A stretch of 64,000 bases of DNA from an uncultured Acidobacteriota bacterium (GTDB lineage: Bacteria > Acidobacteriota > Thermoanaerobaculia > Gp7-AA8): contig CAWGHO010000002.1 of NCBI GenBank assembly GCA_963822445.1, positions 1,280,001 through 1,344,000 on the forward strand. The letters are read 5' to 3'. A program made the translations under genes and the position numbers. Below the pieces are notes generated by a model that saw only the letters and a program-made list of their open reading frames with translations, ran no database searches and was not told where the DNA came from. How positions within the stretch are numbered: the first letter of the stretch is position 1; the number at the start of each line of letters is the position of its first letter. Below are positions 30,318 through 39,144 of the stretch, in pieces.

Positions 30318-31412
30318 ATGGCCGCGGAGACGTTCATCGCCGAGCCCCCGAAAGAGCTGGTGCTCGCCGACGGCTTTCGCTTCACGCACGGCCAGACCAT
30401 CGCCCCATTCACGCTCGTCTACGAGACGTTCGGTGAGCTGAACCCCGATCGCTCGAACGCGATCATGGTCTGCCACGCGCTTTCCGCGAGCGCGCATTGC
30501 GCGGGCAGGTACTCCGAGGATCCGGATGAGAAGCCGGGGTGGTGGGATGGGCTGGTCGGATACGGGAAGCCGATCGATCTGAATCGCTACTTCGTCGTCT
30601 GCGTGAACCTTCCCGGCTCACCGTTTGGCACGACGGCACCGAAGTCGGTCGATCCCGCGACGGGCAAGCCGTATGGCTCGCGCTATCCCTGGCCGACCAT
30701 CGAGGACATGGTCCAGTCCCAGAAAGCAGTCCTCGACCACCTCGGCATCAAGCATCTGGTCGCGATCGCCGGCGGCTCCCTCGGCGGCATGCAGGTGCTG
30801 ATGTGGTGCGCGATGTATCCCGAGTTCGCGGACGCGATCATCGCCATGGCCACCGGCGCCGCCGTCCCCGTCCACGGCATCGCCTGGCACATCCTCGGCC
30901 GCAAGATCATCGAAGCCGATCACTCCTTCAACGGCGGCGATTACTACGATCACGACGATCCGCTGCGCGGCCTGCAGGTCGCTCGGATGCTCGGGCACAT
31001 GACCTACCTCTCCGCGCAATCGCTGCAGCGGAAATTCGGGCGCCGCCGCCGCGGCGAGACGCGGCAGTTCGAGATCGATTCGTACTTCGAATATCAGGGC
31101 CGCAAGTTCGCGACGGCGTACGACGCGAATTCCTACATCCGCGTGCAGGCAGCGATGGACGAGATGGATCTCGAGGAACAGTACGGAACGCTGGAATCGG
31201 CGTTCTCGCGCTGGCGGGGGCGCACGCTCCTGGTGTCGTTCGATACGGACTGGCTCTTTCCGGTCTCGGAAACGGAGCGCGTCGCGGCAGCCATGCGCAA
31301 GCTCGACATCGACGTGCATCACGAGATGCTCTCGTCGCCGAACGGCCACGACACGTTTCTGCTGGATTACGACCTGATCTCGCCGCGGGTGCGGGAGTTT
31401 CTGGGCACTTAG
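30318..31412 (+). CDS. metX: Homoserine O-acetyltransferase (MetX family)
   Basis: YETFGELN, CHALS, GWWDGLVG, GGSLGGMQ, DWLFP and GHDTFL motifs. Confidence 0.92.
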   Translation: MAAETFIAEPPKELVLADGFRFTHGQTIAPFTLVYETFGELNPDRSNAIMVCHALSASAHCAGRYSEDPDEKPGWWDGLVGYGKPIDLNRYFVVCVNLPGSPFGTTAPKSVDPATGKPYGSRYPWPTIEDMVQSQKAVLDHLGIKHLVAIAGGSLGGMQVLMWCAMYPEFADAIIAMATGAAVPVHGIAWHILGRKIIEADHSFNGGDYYDHDDPLRGLQVARMLGHMTYLSAQSLQRKFGRRRRGETRQFEIDSYFEYQGRKFATAYDANSYIRVQAAMDEMDLEEQYGTLESAFSRWRGRTLLVSFDTDWLFPVSETERVAAAMRKLDIDVHHEMLSSPNGHDTFLLDYDLISPRVREFLGT

Positions 31413-31440
31413 GGCCTCGCGCGACAGAAACCCACGGAGG

Positions 31441-31490
31441 AGCCGCACGTGCACCGGCCTTGGGCAACCAGCGCCGCCGGCCGTGCCGGC
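31441..31490. repeat. Dispersed ~50 bp repeat, copy 1 (family D)
   Basis: AGCCGCACGTGCA-N-GCAACCAGCGC-N-GCCGGCCGTGCCGGC, also at 36976-37023. Confidence 0.75.
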
Positions 31491-31804
31491 TAGCGGAAGC
31501 GCTGGTCGGGCTCGCTCAGGAACTCGACGTCTTCGAAGTCCGCGATCCCCGATTCGCCGTCCAGCAATCGAAAGCCCACGGCGATCGTGCCGTCCTCGAT
31601 GCGCTCGGCCTGGATGACGACGACCGGCGTCGGCTCGCCCACTCCTTCTTCGCGCACGATCGCGCAGGCGGGGAGGTCGATCTCGATCGGTTCTCCGCCG
31701 ACCGCGAACACCGCGCGTCCCGCATTCACATCCATTTCCGTGGCGGCGCGGCCTTCGATCGCCGGAGTGTTACGCCACCGTTTCATGTCGATCGGTTCGT
31801 CCAT
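31490..31804 (-). CDS. Small acidic hypothetical protein
   Basis: 104 aa ORF with host-like codon use; TAAACT 9 nt upstream. Confidence 0.65.
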   Translation of the reverse strand: MDEPIDMKRWRNTPAIEGRAATEMDVNAGRAVFAVGGEPIEIDLPACAIVREEGVGEPTPVVVIQAERIEDGTIAVGFRLLDGESGIADFEDVEFLSEPDQRFR

Positions 31805-31820
31805 TGCGTTGTGAGTTTAA

Positions 31821-33515
31821 ATGCCGCGGATGCGATTCCTGCTCCTCGTGCTCGCGCTCGTGCTCGTTCGTCCCGCCGCATCGCAGACATGGAATCAGTG
31901 GGCCGGCGGCCCGGCGCACAACGGCACGCTCGACGTCACCGGCCAGCGGCTGACGCGGGAGCTGGCGAACATCATCGTCGACCCGTTCGTGCCGCAGGAG
32001 CGCGGCGAAGCGAACGGCAACCTCCTCGTTCACTACCAGACCCCGCTCTCCGACGGCAACGGCGTGTTCATGGAAGTGAAGAGCGGCACGTACACCGGCT
32101 TCCGCACATGGGAGACGCAGACCTGGAACGTGCGCAAGTTCGAATGGGAGAACGGGCAGCTGGTCACGCGGTGGACCGCCGCCAGCGACTGGAAACCGGC
32201 GCCATCCGGAGGACCGCGCTTCGAGCCGGTCTTTCATTCAGCGCTGCGCGGCGATGCGTTGTTCATGGCCGGCGCGGGAGGAACGGTCCTCGAAGTCGAT
32301 CGCGATACCGGCACGATTCGTCAGCGTCACGGACAGTTCGATCCGGTGCTCGACGCGCGGACGTTCGTGATCAGCCCGATCACGATCGATGCGGACGGCA
32401 ACATCTATTACAACGTGGTGCGGATGTCGGAGGCGGCCAACCCCTGGACGTCCGATCACGCCGGCGCGTGGCTGGTGAAGATCGCCCGCGATGGAACGGC
32501 GTCGCGAGCGGCGTACAGCGCGCTGGTGACGAATGCCCCCCCGCCGACGGATGCATGCACCGGCGAGTTTGCGACGGGCCAGCAGCCGTGGCCGCCGTCG
32601 CCGACGGCCACACCACCCGCGCCGCTGTGCGGCTCGCAACGCGCCGGAATGAACGTCGCGCCGGCGGTCGGGCCGGACGGCACGGTCTACACCGTCTCGC
32701 GCACTCATCTGAACAGCCGCTGGGGATGGCTGGTGGCGGTGAACCCCGATCTCACGACGAAGTGGTCGACGTCGCTCCGCAATCGATTCAACGACGGCTG
32801 CAACGTTCTGCTCCCGCCGAACGGATCGCCCGGAGGATGCCGCGAGGGGGCGACGACCGGCGTCGATCCGTCCGACAACCAGCCCGGCTCCGGTGCGGTG
32901 AACGACAGCTCGACGTCGTCGCCCGTCGTCGCGCCGGACGGCACGATCTACTACGGCGCGTACAACCGCTACAACCACTCCCAGGGCCACATGATGCGGT
33001 TCTCCGCGTCGGGGGAGTACCTCACCGCGTACAAGTTCGGATGGGACGTGACGCCGGCGATCTGGAAGCACGACGGAACGTTCTCGCTCATCACGAAAGA
33101 GAACCGCTACGAAGGCACCGGCCCGCGCGTCGCCGGCGATGAGGAGGGCTACTTCATCACACAGCTCTCGCCGGAGCTGAACGTGGAGTGGCAGTTCAAG
33201 AGCACGAACACGCTCAGCTGCGAGCGACAGCCGGACGGCACGATGACCTGCGTCGACAACCGGCCGGGCGGCTTCGAGTGGTGCGTCAACTCACTGGCCG
33301 TCGACCGGAACGGCGTGGTGTTCGTCAACAGCGAGGATGGTCATCTCTACGCCATCAACCAGGGCGGCACGCTTCGCGAGCGGATCTTCCTGCAGCTCGC
33401 GCTGGGCGCGGCCTACACGCCGCTCTCGATGGGAGTCGACGGACGGATCTACACGCAGAACGCGGGACGGCTGTTCGTAGTGGGATCGCAGCCGAAGCGG
33501 CGATCGGTGCGGTAG
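31821..33515 (+). CDS. Secreted beta-propeller-like (PQQ/BamB-like) hypothetical protein
   Basis: Signal peptide, WNQWAGGPAHNG, repeated P(A/V)VxPDGT(V/I)Y blades and Cys pairs; ends in KRRSVR. Confidence 0.78.
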   Translation: MPRMRFLLLVLALVLVRPAASQTWNQWAGGPAHNGTLDVTGQRLTRELANIIVDPFVPQERGEANGNLLVHYQTPLSDGNGVFMEVKSGTYTGFRTWETQTWNVRKFEWENGQLVTRWTAASDWKPAPSGGPRFEPVFHSALRGDALFMAGAGGTVLEVDRDTGTIRQRHGQFDPVLDARTFVISPITIDADGNIYYNVVRMSEAANPWTSDHAGAWLVKIARDGTASRAAYSALVTNAPPPTDACTGEFATGQQPWPPSPTATPPAPLCGSQRAGMNVAPAVGPDGTVYTVSRTHLNSRWGWLVAVNPDLTTKWSTSLRNRFNDGCNVLLPPNGSPGGCREGATTGVDPSDNQPGSGAVNDSSTSSPVVAPDGTIYYGAYNRYNHSQGHMMRFSASGEYLTAYKFGWDVTPAIWKHDGTFSLITKENRYEGTGPRVAGDEEGYFITQLSPELNVEWQFKSTNTLSCERQPDGTMTCVDNRPGGFEWCVNSLAVDRNGVVFVNSEDGHLYAINQGGTLRERIFLQLALGAAYTPLSMGVDGRIYTQNAGRLFVVGSQPKRRSVR

Positions 33516-33944
33516 CGGATCAGCGCTCACCCGCGCCAACCCGCGCGAACAACCGAGTCGAGCTACGGCTTCGGTTCGTCAGTTCGGAGCAGATGCCGAT
33601 AGCGGTTGACCACTACCGCCGTCGCGATCTGGCCGAATATGAATCCGCCGATTCCGGCACCGACGACAACTCCGACCAGGCGCGCATCTTGAGCTTTACC
33701 AAACATGGTACCGAGCCATGTGCAAACGCCGCACGCCAGAAGCCCAAGCCAGGTTTGCCAGTGTCTGAATGCGCGGGAGCTGATTCGGCGCCAAACCCTG
33801 CCGCGTTGGCGCGCGGGTAGGCTGGATAACTCAGGGATGCTCGCGAGAGTCCAGTAGATTCGCATCCGCAGTTCGAAGACTCCAGAATAGCAAACTACGA
33901 CACACGCGGCGCGGGTTGGCGTCGGCTGCAGCGTTGAGTTAGAC
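33510..33944 (-). mobile_element. Solitary integron attC-like site whose 362 bp loop encloses an ORF
   Basis: R'' GTCTAAC, 5 nt spacer, L'' GCTGCAGC, 13 bp perfect inner stem, L' GGTGAGC, spacer GCTGATCC, degenerate R' GCTACCG; two unpaired bases at attC-typical positions. Confidence 0.65.
33563..33865 (-). CDS. Small 2-TM hypothetical protein (100 aa) nested in the attC-like loop
   Basis: MRIYWTLASIPELSSLP... with two hydrophobic helices; more A/T-ending codons than neighbours; TG-C-TATTCT at 33884-33892. Confidence 0.68.
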   Translation of the reverse strand: MRIYWTLASIPELSSLPARQRGRVWRRISSRAFRHWQTWLGLLACGVCTWLGTMFGKAQDARLVGVVVGAGIGGFIFGQIATAVVVNRYRHLLRTDEPKP

Positions 33945-33959
33945 GGTGGGGGCGTCTGA

Positions 33960-36395
33960 CTACTCGTTCGCAGCCGCAACCGGCGTGATCGGCGCCCTGT
34001 AATCGCACTCGGCGTCGTTGCAGTACTCGATGTGCCCCTCGCGCTTGGTCTCCTTCTCCAGGAGATACGGCGCGTGGCACTTCGGGCATTCTCGGGCAAC
34101 CGGGCGATTGTTCAGCGTGAACTCGCACTTCGGGTAGCGGTTGCAGGAGAAGAACACGCCGCGGCGCGAGATGCGCTCGACCAGCTCACCCTCGCCGCAG
34201 GTCGGGCACTTCACACCGGTCGGCTTCGGCGGCGTGGACTTGCGGCCGATCTTGCGGATGGTCTTGCAGTCCGGATAGCCGGCGCACGAATAGAACGGGC
34301 CGTAGCGGCCGCTCTTGAGGACCATTTCCTTCCCACAGTTTTCGCAGGGAGGCTGCGGCTCGCTGGGCAGGTTCGCCGCGGCCTTCATCAGCTTGGGGTC
34401 CTTCGTGTTCTTGCAGTCGGGGTAGCCGGTGCAGGCGAAGAACTGCCCGAACCGCGAGCGCTTGAGCGCCATCGGCTTCCCGCATTTGTCGCAGATGATC
34501 TGCTCGTCGTCCGACGTGGCCGCGGCGGCATCGCCCTTGGCCATTTCCTTCGTGGTCTTGCACTCGGGGTAGTTCGAGCAGGCCATGAACTCGCCGAAGC
34601 GACCGAACTTGATGATCATCGGCGAGCCGCAGTTCTCGCACTTTTCGTCGGTCTCGAGTCCGGAGCCTTTGACCTGGGTCATCTCCGTCGCCGCCCGCTC
34701 GAGGTCGACGTTGAACTTGACCGAGAAATCCTTCATCAGGTCGGTCCAGATCATCTTCCCGTCTTCGACCTCGTCGAGGTCCTGCTCGAGCTTCGCCGTG
34801 TAGCCCTCGTCGATGATGTCGCCGAAGGACTGCTTGAGCAGCGTGACCACGAGCGTGCCGAGGTGGGTTGGGTGGAACTTGCCCTCGTGCTTGTAGGTGT
34901 AGTCGCGGGCCTGGATGGTCGTGAGAATCGCGCCGTACGTGGACGGCCGGCCGATGCCGTTCTCTTCCAGCGCCTTCACCAGCGTGGCTTCGGTGTAGCG
35001 CGGCGGCGGCTGGGTGAAGTTCTGCTTCGTATCGAGATCGACGAGGGAAAGCACGTCGCCTTCGTTCAGCGGCGGCAGCGCCTTCTCATTCTTCTTCTCT
35101 TCATCCTCGTCGTAGTCTTCCGAAGGCTCGTCCTGGAAGACGGCCAGGAAGCCGGCGAACTTCTGCACCTCGCCCGAGGCGCGGAGGGTGAGGTTGCCCA
35201 CGGTGATGTCCGCGTCGGTGACGTCGAACAGCGCCGGCTTCATCTGCGACCCGACGAAGCGGTCCCAGATCATCTTGTAGAGGCCGTACTCCTCGCGGGT
35301 CAGGAAGTCCTTGATCTTCTCGGGGTCGAGCTCCATCGAGGTCGGGCGGATGGCCTCATGGGCTTCCTGCGCTTGTGCAGCTTTTTTGACCTTATAAAAG
35401 TTCGGTTTATCGGGAAGAATATCGTCACCATATTTCGCGGCGATATACGATCTCACTTCTCCGAGAGCGTCGTCGCTGATGCGCACCGAGTCGGTACGCA
35501 TGTAGGTGATGAGACCCGCAAACCCGAACGTGCCGAGCTCTTTGCCTTCGTACAGCTTCTGCGCGACCTGCATGGTCCGCTTCACCGGCCACTTGAACCG
35601 GTTGTAGGCCGTGCGCTGCAGGGTCGAGGTGATGAACGGCGGCGCGGCGGACTGTTTCCGCTCCTTCCGCGCGACTTCGGTGACGACGTACTTGCCGCTC
35701 TTGAGCGCCGCTTCGATCTTCCGGGCCGTCTCCTCGTTCGGAACTTCGGCCTTCTTGCCGTCGACCTTCGAGAGCTTGGCGATGAACTGCGGGGGGACGC
35801 CGGCGGCGAGCTTCGCGGCGAACGTCCAGTACTCGACCGGGGTGAACGCTTTGATGTCTTCCTCGCGGTCGACGATCATCTTCATCGCCACCGACTGCAC
35901 GCGTCCGGCGGAGAGACCGCGGCGCACCTTGTCCCAGAGCAGGGGAGAGAGCTTGTAACCGACGAGGCGGTCGAGAACGCGCCGGGCCTGCTGCGCGTTG
36001 ACCTTGTTCATGTCGATCTCGCCGGGATGCTCGATCGCTTTCTTGACGGCTTTCTTGGTGATCTCGTGGAAGAGGACCCGGCGGACCTTCGAGGCGTCGC
36101 CGCCGAGGAGGTTCATCACGTGCCAGCCGATGGCCTCTCCCTCGCGATCAGGGTCGGAAGCGATGTAGATGGTCGTGGCTTTTTTCGCGGCTGCTTTGAG
36201 CTCGCTGACGACCTTCTCTTTGCCTTCCAGGACCTCGTACTTCGGGAGGAAGGTGACCTCGTCGACGCCGAGCTCGCTCTTGGGGAGATCGCGGACGTGG
36301 CCGACCGACGCTTTGACCAGGTAATCCTTGCCGATGAACTTGTTGATTGTCTTCGCTTTCGCGGGAGACTCGACGATGACTAGGTTCTTGGCCAT
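33960..36395 (-). CDS. topA: DNA topoisomerase I with C-terminal Zn ribbons
   Basis: LVIVESPAKAKTI, DPDREGE, SAGRVQS, ITYMRTDS and EAHEAIRPT motifs; several C4 zinc ribbons. Confidence 0.97.
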   Translation of the reverse strand: MAKNLVIVESPAKAKTINKFIGKDYLVKASVGHVRDLPKSELGVDEVTFLPKYEVLEGKEKVVSELKAAAKKATTIYIASDPDREGEAIGWHVMNLLGGDASKVRRVLFHEITKKAVKKAIEHPGEIDMNKVNAQQARRVLDRLVGYKLSPLLWDKVRRGLSAGRVQSVAMKMIVDREEDIKAFTPVEYWTFAAKLAAGVPPQFIAKLSKVDGKKAEVPNEETARKIEAALKSGKYVVTEVARKERKQSAAPPFITSTLQRTAYNRFKWPVKRTMQVAQKLYEGKELGTFGFAGLITYMRTDSVRISDDALGEVRSYIAAKYGDDILPDKPNFYKVKKAAQAQEAHEAIRPTSMELDPEKIKDFLTREEYGLYKMIWDRFVGSQMKPALFDVTDADITVGNLTLRASGEVQKFAGFLAVFQDEPSEDYDEDEEKKNEKALPPLNEGDVLSLVDLDTKQNFTQPPPRYTEATLVKALEENGIGRPSTYGAILTTIQARDYTYKHEGKFHPTHLGTLVVTLLKQSFGDIIDEGYTAKLEQDLDEVEDGKMIWTDLMKDFSVKFNVDLERAATEMTQVKGSGLETDEKCENCGSPMIIKFGRFGEFMACSNYPECKTTKEMAKGDAAAATSDDEQIICDKCGKPMALKRSRFGQFFACTGYPDCKNTKDPKLMKAAANLPSEPQPPCENCGKEMVLKSGRYGPFYSCAGYPDCKTIRKIGRKSTPPKPTGVKCPTCGEGELVERISRRGVFFSCNRYPKCEFTLNNRPVARECPKCHAPYLLEKETKREGHIEYCNDAECDYRAPITPVAAANE

Positions 36396-36497
36396 TGCGG
36401 AACGCCCCAAACTGACCGCTCGACCACCGTTATTCCGGTGCTCTCGGGAGGCGGGACGATATCAGACCGTTTCGAAAGGGCGCAAAATGGCTACCGC

Positions 36498-36944
36498 ATG
36501 TGGAGAAATGTTGCTCTGGGAACCATCATCGTCGGCTTTCTCGACATCGCCGAAGTGATCGTCTTTTACGCCTTTCGGGGCGTGAAGCCGATCCGGATCC
36601 TGCAGTCGGTCGCGGCCGGACTGACGGGTCGCGATCGAGCATTTTCCGGAGGTACCGAGACCGCGGTGCTCGGCCTCTTCTTCCACTTCTTCATCGCCTT
36701 CGTGGTGGTGCTGATCTACCACCTGGCCGCACGCCGCATCCGTGCGCTGAGCGAGCACCCGTTCGTGATGGGCACGCTCTACGGACTGGCTGTTTACCTG
36801 GTGATGAACTTCGTGATCGTGCCGATGAGCGCGGCCGGCCAGACGGGGCGCGGCACCTGGCCGGTCATGGCCAACGTGATCTTCGCGCATGTGGCCTGTG
36901 TGGGGATTCCGACAGCGCTCCTGGCGCCGCAACGGGATAGGTAG
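36498..36944 (+). CDS. 4-TM hypothetical membrane protein
   Basis: Hydrophobic helices with ILQSVAAGL, GLFFHFFIA and YLVMNFVIVPMS. Confidence 0.75.
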   Translation: MWRNVALGTIIVGFLDIAEVIVFYAFRGVKPIRILQSVAAGLTGRDRAFSGGTETAVLGLFFHFFIAFVVVLIYHLAARRIRALSEHPFVMGTLYGLAVYLVMNFVIVPMSAAGQTGRGTWPVMANVIFAHVACVGIPTALLAPQRDR

Positions 36945-36975
36945 AGTCGAAGTCGCGAAACTTGTGCGCCCCGGC

Positions 36976-37023
36976 AGCCGCACGTGCATGAGCGCAGCAA
37001 CCAGCGCAGCCGGCCGTGCCGGC
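36976..37023. repeat. Dispersed ~50 bp repeat, copy 2 (family D)
   Basis: Matches 31441-31490; again directly after a minus-strand stop codon. Confidence 0.75.
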
Positions 37024-38401
37024 CTATTCGTCTTCTTCGTCGTCCGCGCCGGCGCTCTTGTACTTCTTGGTCTTGTTGTAGAGCGTCTTGTAGGAGATGC
37101 CGAGGATCTCCGCGGTCTTGCGGCGGTCGCCGTCATTGGCGTTGAGCGTCTCTTCGATGACGATCCGCTCCACTTCTTCCATCGGCTGGCCCAGCGGAAT
37201 GCGTGACGCTGTTCTTGGAGCGCTTGCGGCGCCCACCGATCAGCTTGTCCGGCAGGCACTCCAGGGTGAGCGTGTCGCCACGGGCCATGATGAAGGCGCG
37301 GTTGATGACGTTGCGCAGCTCGCGGACGTTGCCCGGCCACTCGTAGGCCTGCAGGGCCTCGATGAAGTCGGCGTCGATCTTGTCGACGTTCTTGTCCTCG
37401 CTCTCGTTCAGCTTCTGCAGGAAGAAGTGCGAGAAGAGCGGAAGGTCTTCGAGGCGCTCGCGCAGCGGCGGCACTTCGATGGGGAAGACGTTCAGGCGGT
37501 AGTAGAGGTCCTCGCGCATCCGGCCGTCGGTGATGGCCTTCTGCGGATCGCGGTTCGAGGCAGCGATGATGCGCGCGTCGATGTTGATCTCGTGATTGCC
37601 GCCGACGCGGCGGAACTTGCCTTCCTCGAGCACGCGCAGGAGCTTGACCTGCAGCTCGATGGGCATCTCCGTGATCTCGTCGAGGAACACCGTGCCGCCC
37701 TTGGCCATCTCGAAATAGCCTTCGCGCTGCTTGATGGCGTTGGTGAAGGCGCCCTTTTCGTGGCCGAAGATCTCGGACTCGATGAGGGTAGGGGAGATCG
37801 CGCCGCAGTTGAAGGCGATGAACGGCTTCGAGCGGCGGCGGGACAGCGAGTGAATGGTGTTGGCGACGACTTCCTTGCCCGAGCCCGACTCGCCGACGAT
37901 GAAGACGTTGGCGTCGGTGTTGGCGACCATCTCGATCTCTTCGAAGAGGCGCTGCATGCGCGGCGACTTGCCGACGAGGTGGCCGAGGGCGCCCATCTTC
38001 TGCAGCTGGCGGCGGAGCTCGAGGATCTCCTGCTTCATCAGCTGCTTGTCTTCGACGGTCTTGAGAATGACCTGCAGGCGAGGGAGGTCGACCGGCTTGG
38101 TGACGTAGTCCTCGGCGCCGACTTTCAGGGCCTTGACCGCGGAGTCGACGGTCGCGTGGCCGGTGAGGATCACCACGGAGACGTCGGGGTAGTTTTCCTT
38201 CACGCGGTGGAGCAGGTCGAGGCCCGAGCCGTCGGGGAGCTTCAGGTCGACGATGGCCACGTCGGGAACGAGCTTGTTGATGGCGTTCCAGCCGGCTTTT
38301 ACGGAGTCGGCGAGCTCGGGCTCGTAGCCCCACTCCTCGACAACGTCGGCCATGCCGGCGCTCGTGGCGCGATCATCATCGACAATCAGGACTCTTTTCA
38401 T
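37024..38401 (-). CDS. Sigma-54-dependent response regulator (NtrC/AtoC family); +1 insertion near 37201
   Basis: REC domain (DDD, DLKLP), [25 protein letters not shown] and WPGNVREL; Fis-type HTH ([14 protein letters not shown]) in the shifted frame. Confidence 0.92.
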
Positions 38402-39036
38402 TGTGCTCCCAGGGGAAAGGACAACCGTAGCGAGACCTTACCACTTTCCTCGGCGGCATACAGCTCGCCACCGTAGGTTTCGGCGATGAGCCTGGCGACC
38501 GCGAGCGACAGGTCAGGATTTCCCTGCGGATCGGTGTAGTAGAACTTGAAGATTCGGGTGGGCTCGAAGTCTTCGGCGGCTGGCGTGCCGGTCACCGCGA
38601 CCGTGTAACTGCCATCGTCGCGGCTGGCGCGGCGGACATCGCCCGCCAGGACCTTCGACGCACCCTCGAAGAACAGCTTCACGGCCTCCCTGATTCTCGT
38701 TTCGTGAGCGGTGACGAGAGCCTGGCCGTCGTTCGCAACACCGTAACTGCTGCAGATCGCGGCAACGTCGACGGGCATCGGCGCCTCGTCGTTTTTCGGA
38801 GGAGTGGAGAGGAGAAAGAAGGCGTCGAAGATGTTGCCCAGGCGCCGCAGCTCGGTCTCCATCGCCCGTGCGTAGGACTCGAGCTTTTCGTCGTCGCCGT
38901 GGCCGAGCTTGCGCATGCGCATGCGCACCAGTTCGAGATTGAGGACGGCCACGTTGAGCGGCGTCTTCAGGTCGTGAGCGGTGTCAGCGCTGCGGCGAAA
39001 GTTCGCGCGCGCGAAGTTCTCGAGCCAGTGCTCCAT
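38398..39036 (-). CDS. Sensor-less histidine kinase-like protein with degenerate ATP-binding domain
   Basis: H-box AHDLKTPLN at about residue 20; RIFKFYYT F-box; GNPDLSL in place of GxGLGL; no N box or DxGxG box. Confidence 0.75.
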   Translation of the reverse strand: MEHWLENFARANFRRSADTAHDLKTPLNVAVLNLELVRMRMRKLGHGDDEKLESYARAMETELRRLGNIFDAFFLLSTPPKNDEAPMPVDVAAICSSYGVANDGQALVTAHETRIREAVKLFFEGASKVLAGDVRRASRDDGSYTVAVTGTPAAEDFEPTRIFKFYYTDPQGNPDLSLAVARLIAETYGGELYAAEESGKVSLRLSFPLGAQ

Positions 39037-39144
39037 ATCGGTGGTGTATCGAACCAGCTAGAGATTAATGCAAGGCGAGAGCCGCGGAGCTGGCTCGGTA
39101 GGGAAATCCCATCCAGGGCAACTCCTCGAGTAAGGAGGAACTCC

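Noticed and set aside
39105-39144. Possible c-di-GMP-I riboswitch (AGGGCAACTCC...)
   Set aside because: It lacks the GNRA-capped P2 stem, the GACGCAAA junction and P3, and the start codon follows immediately.
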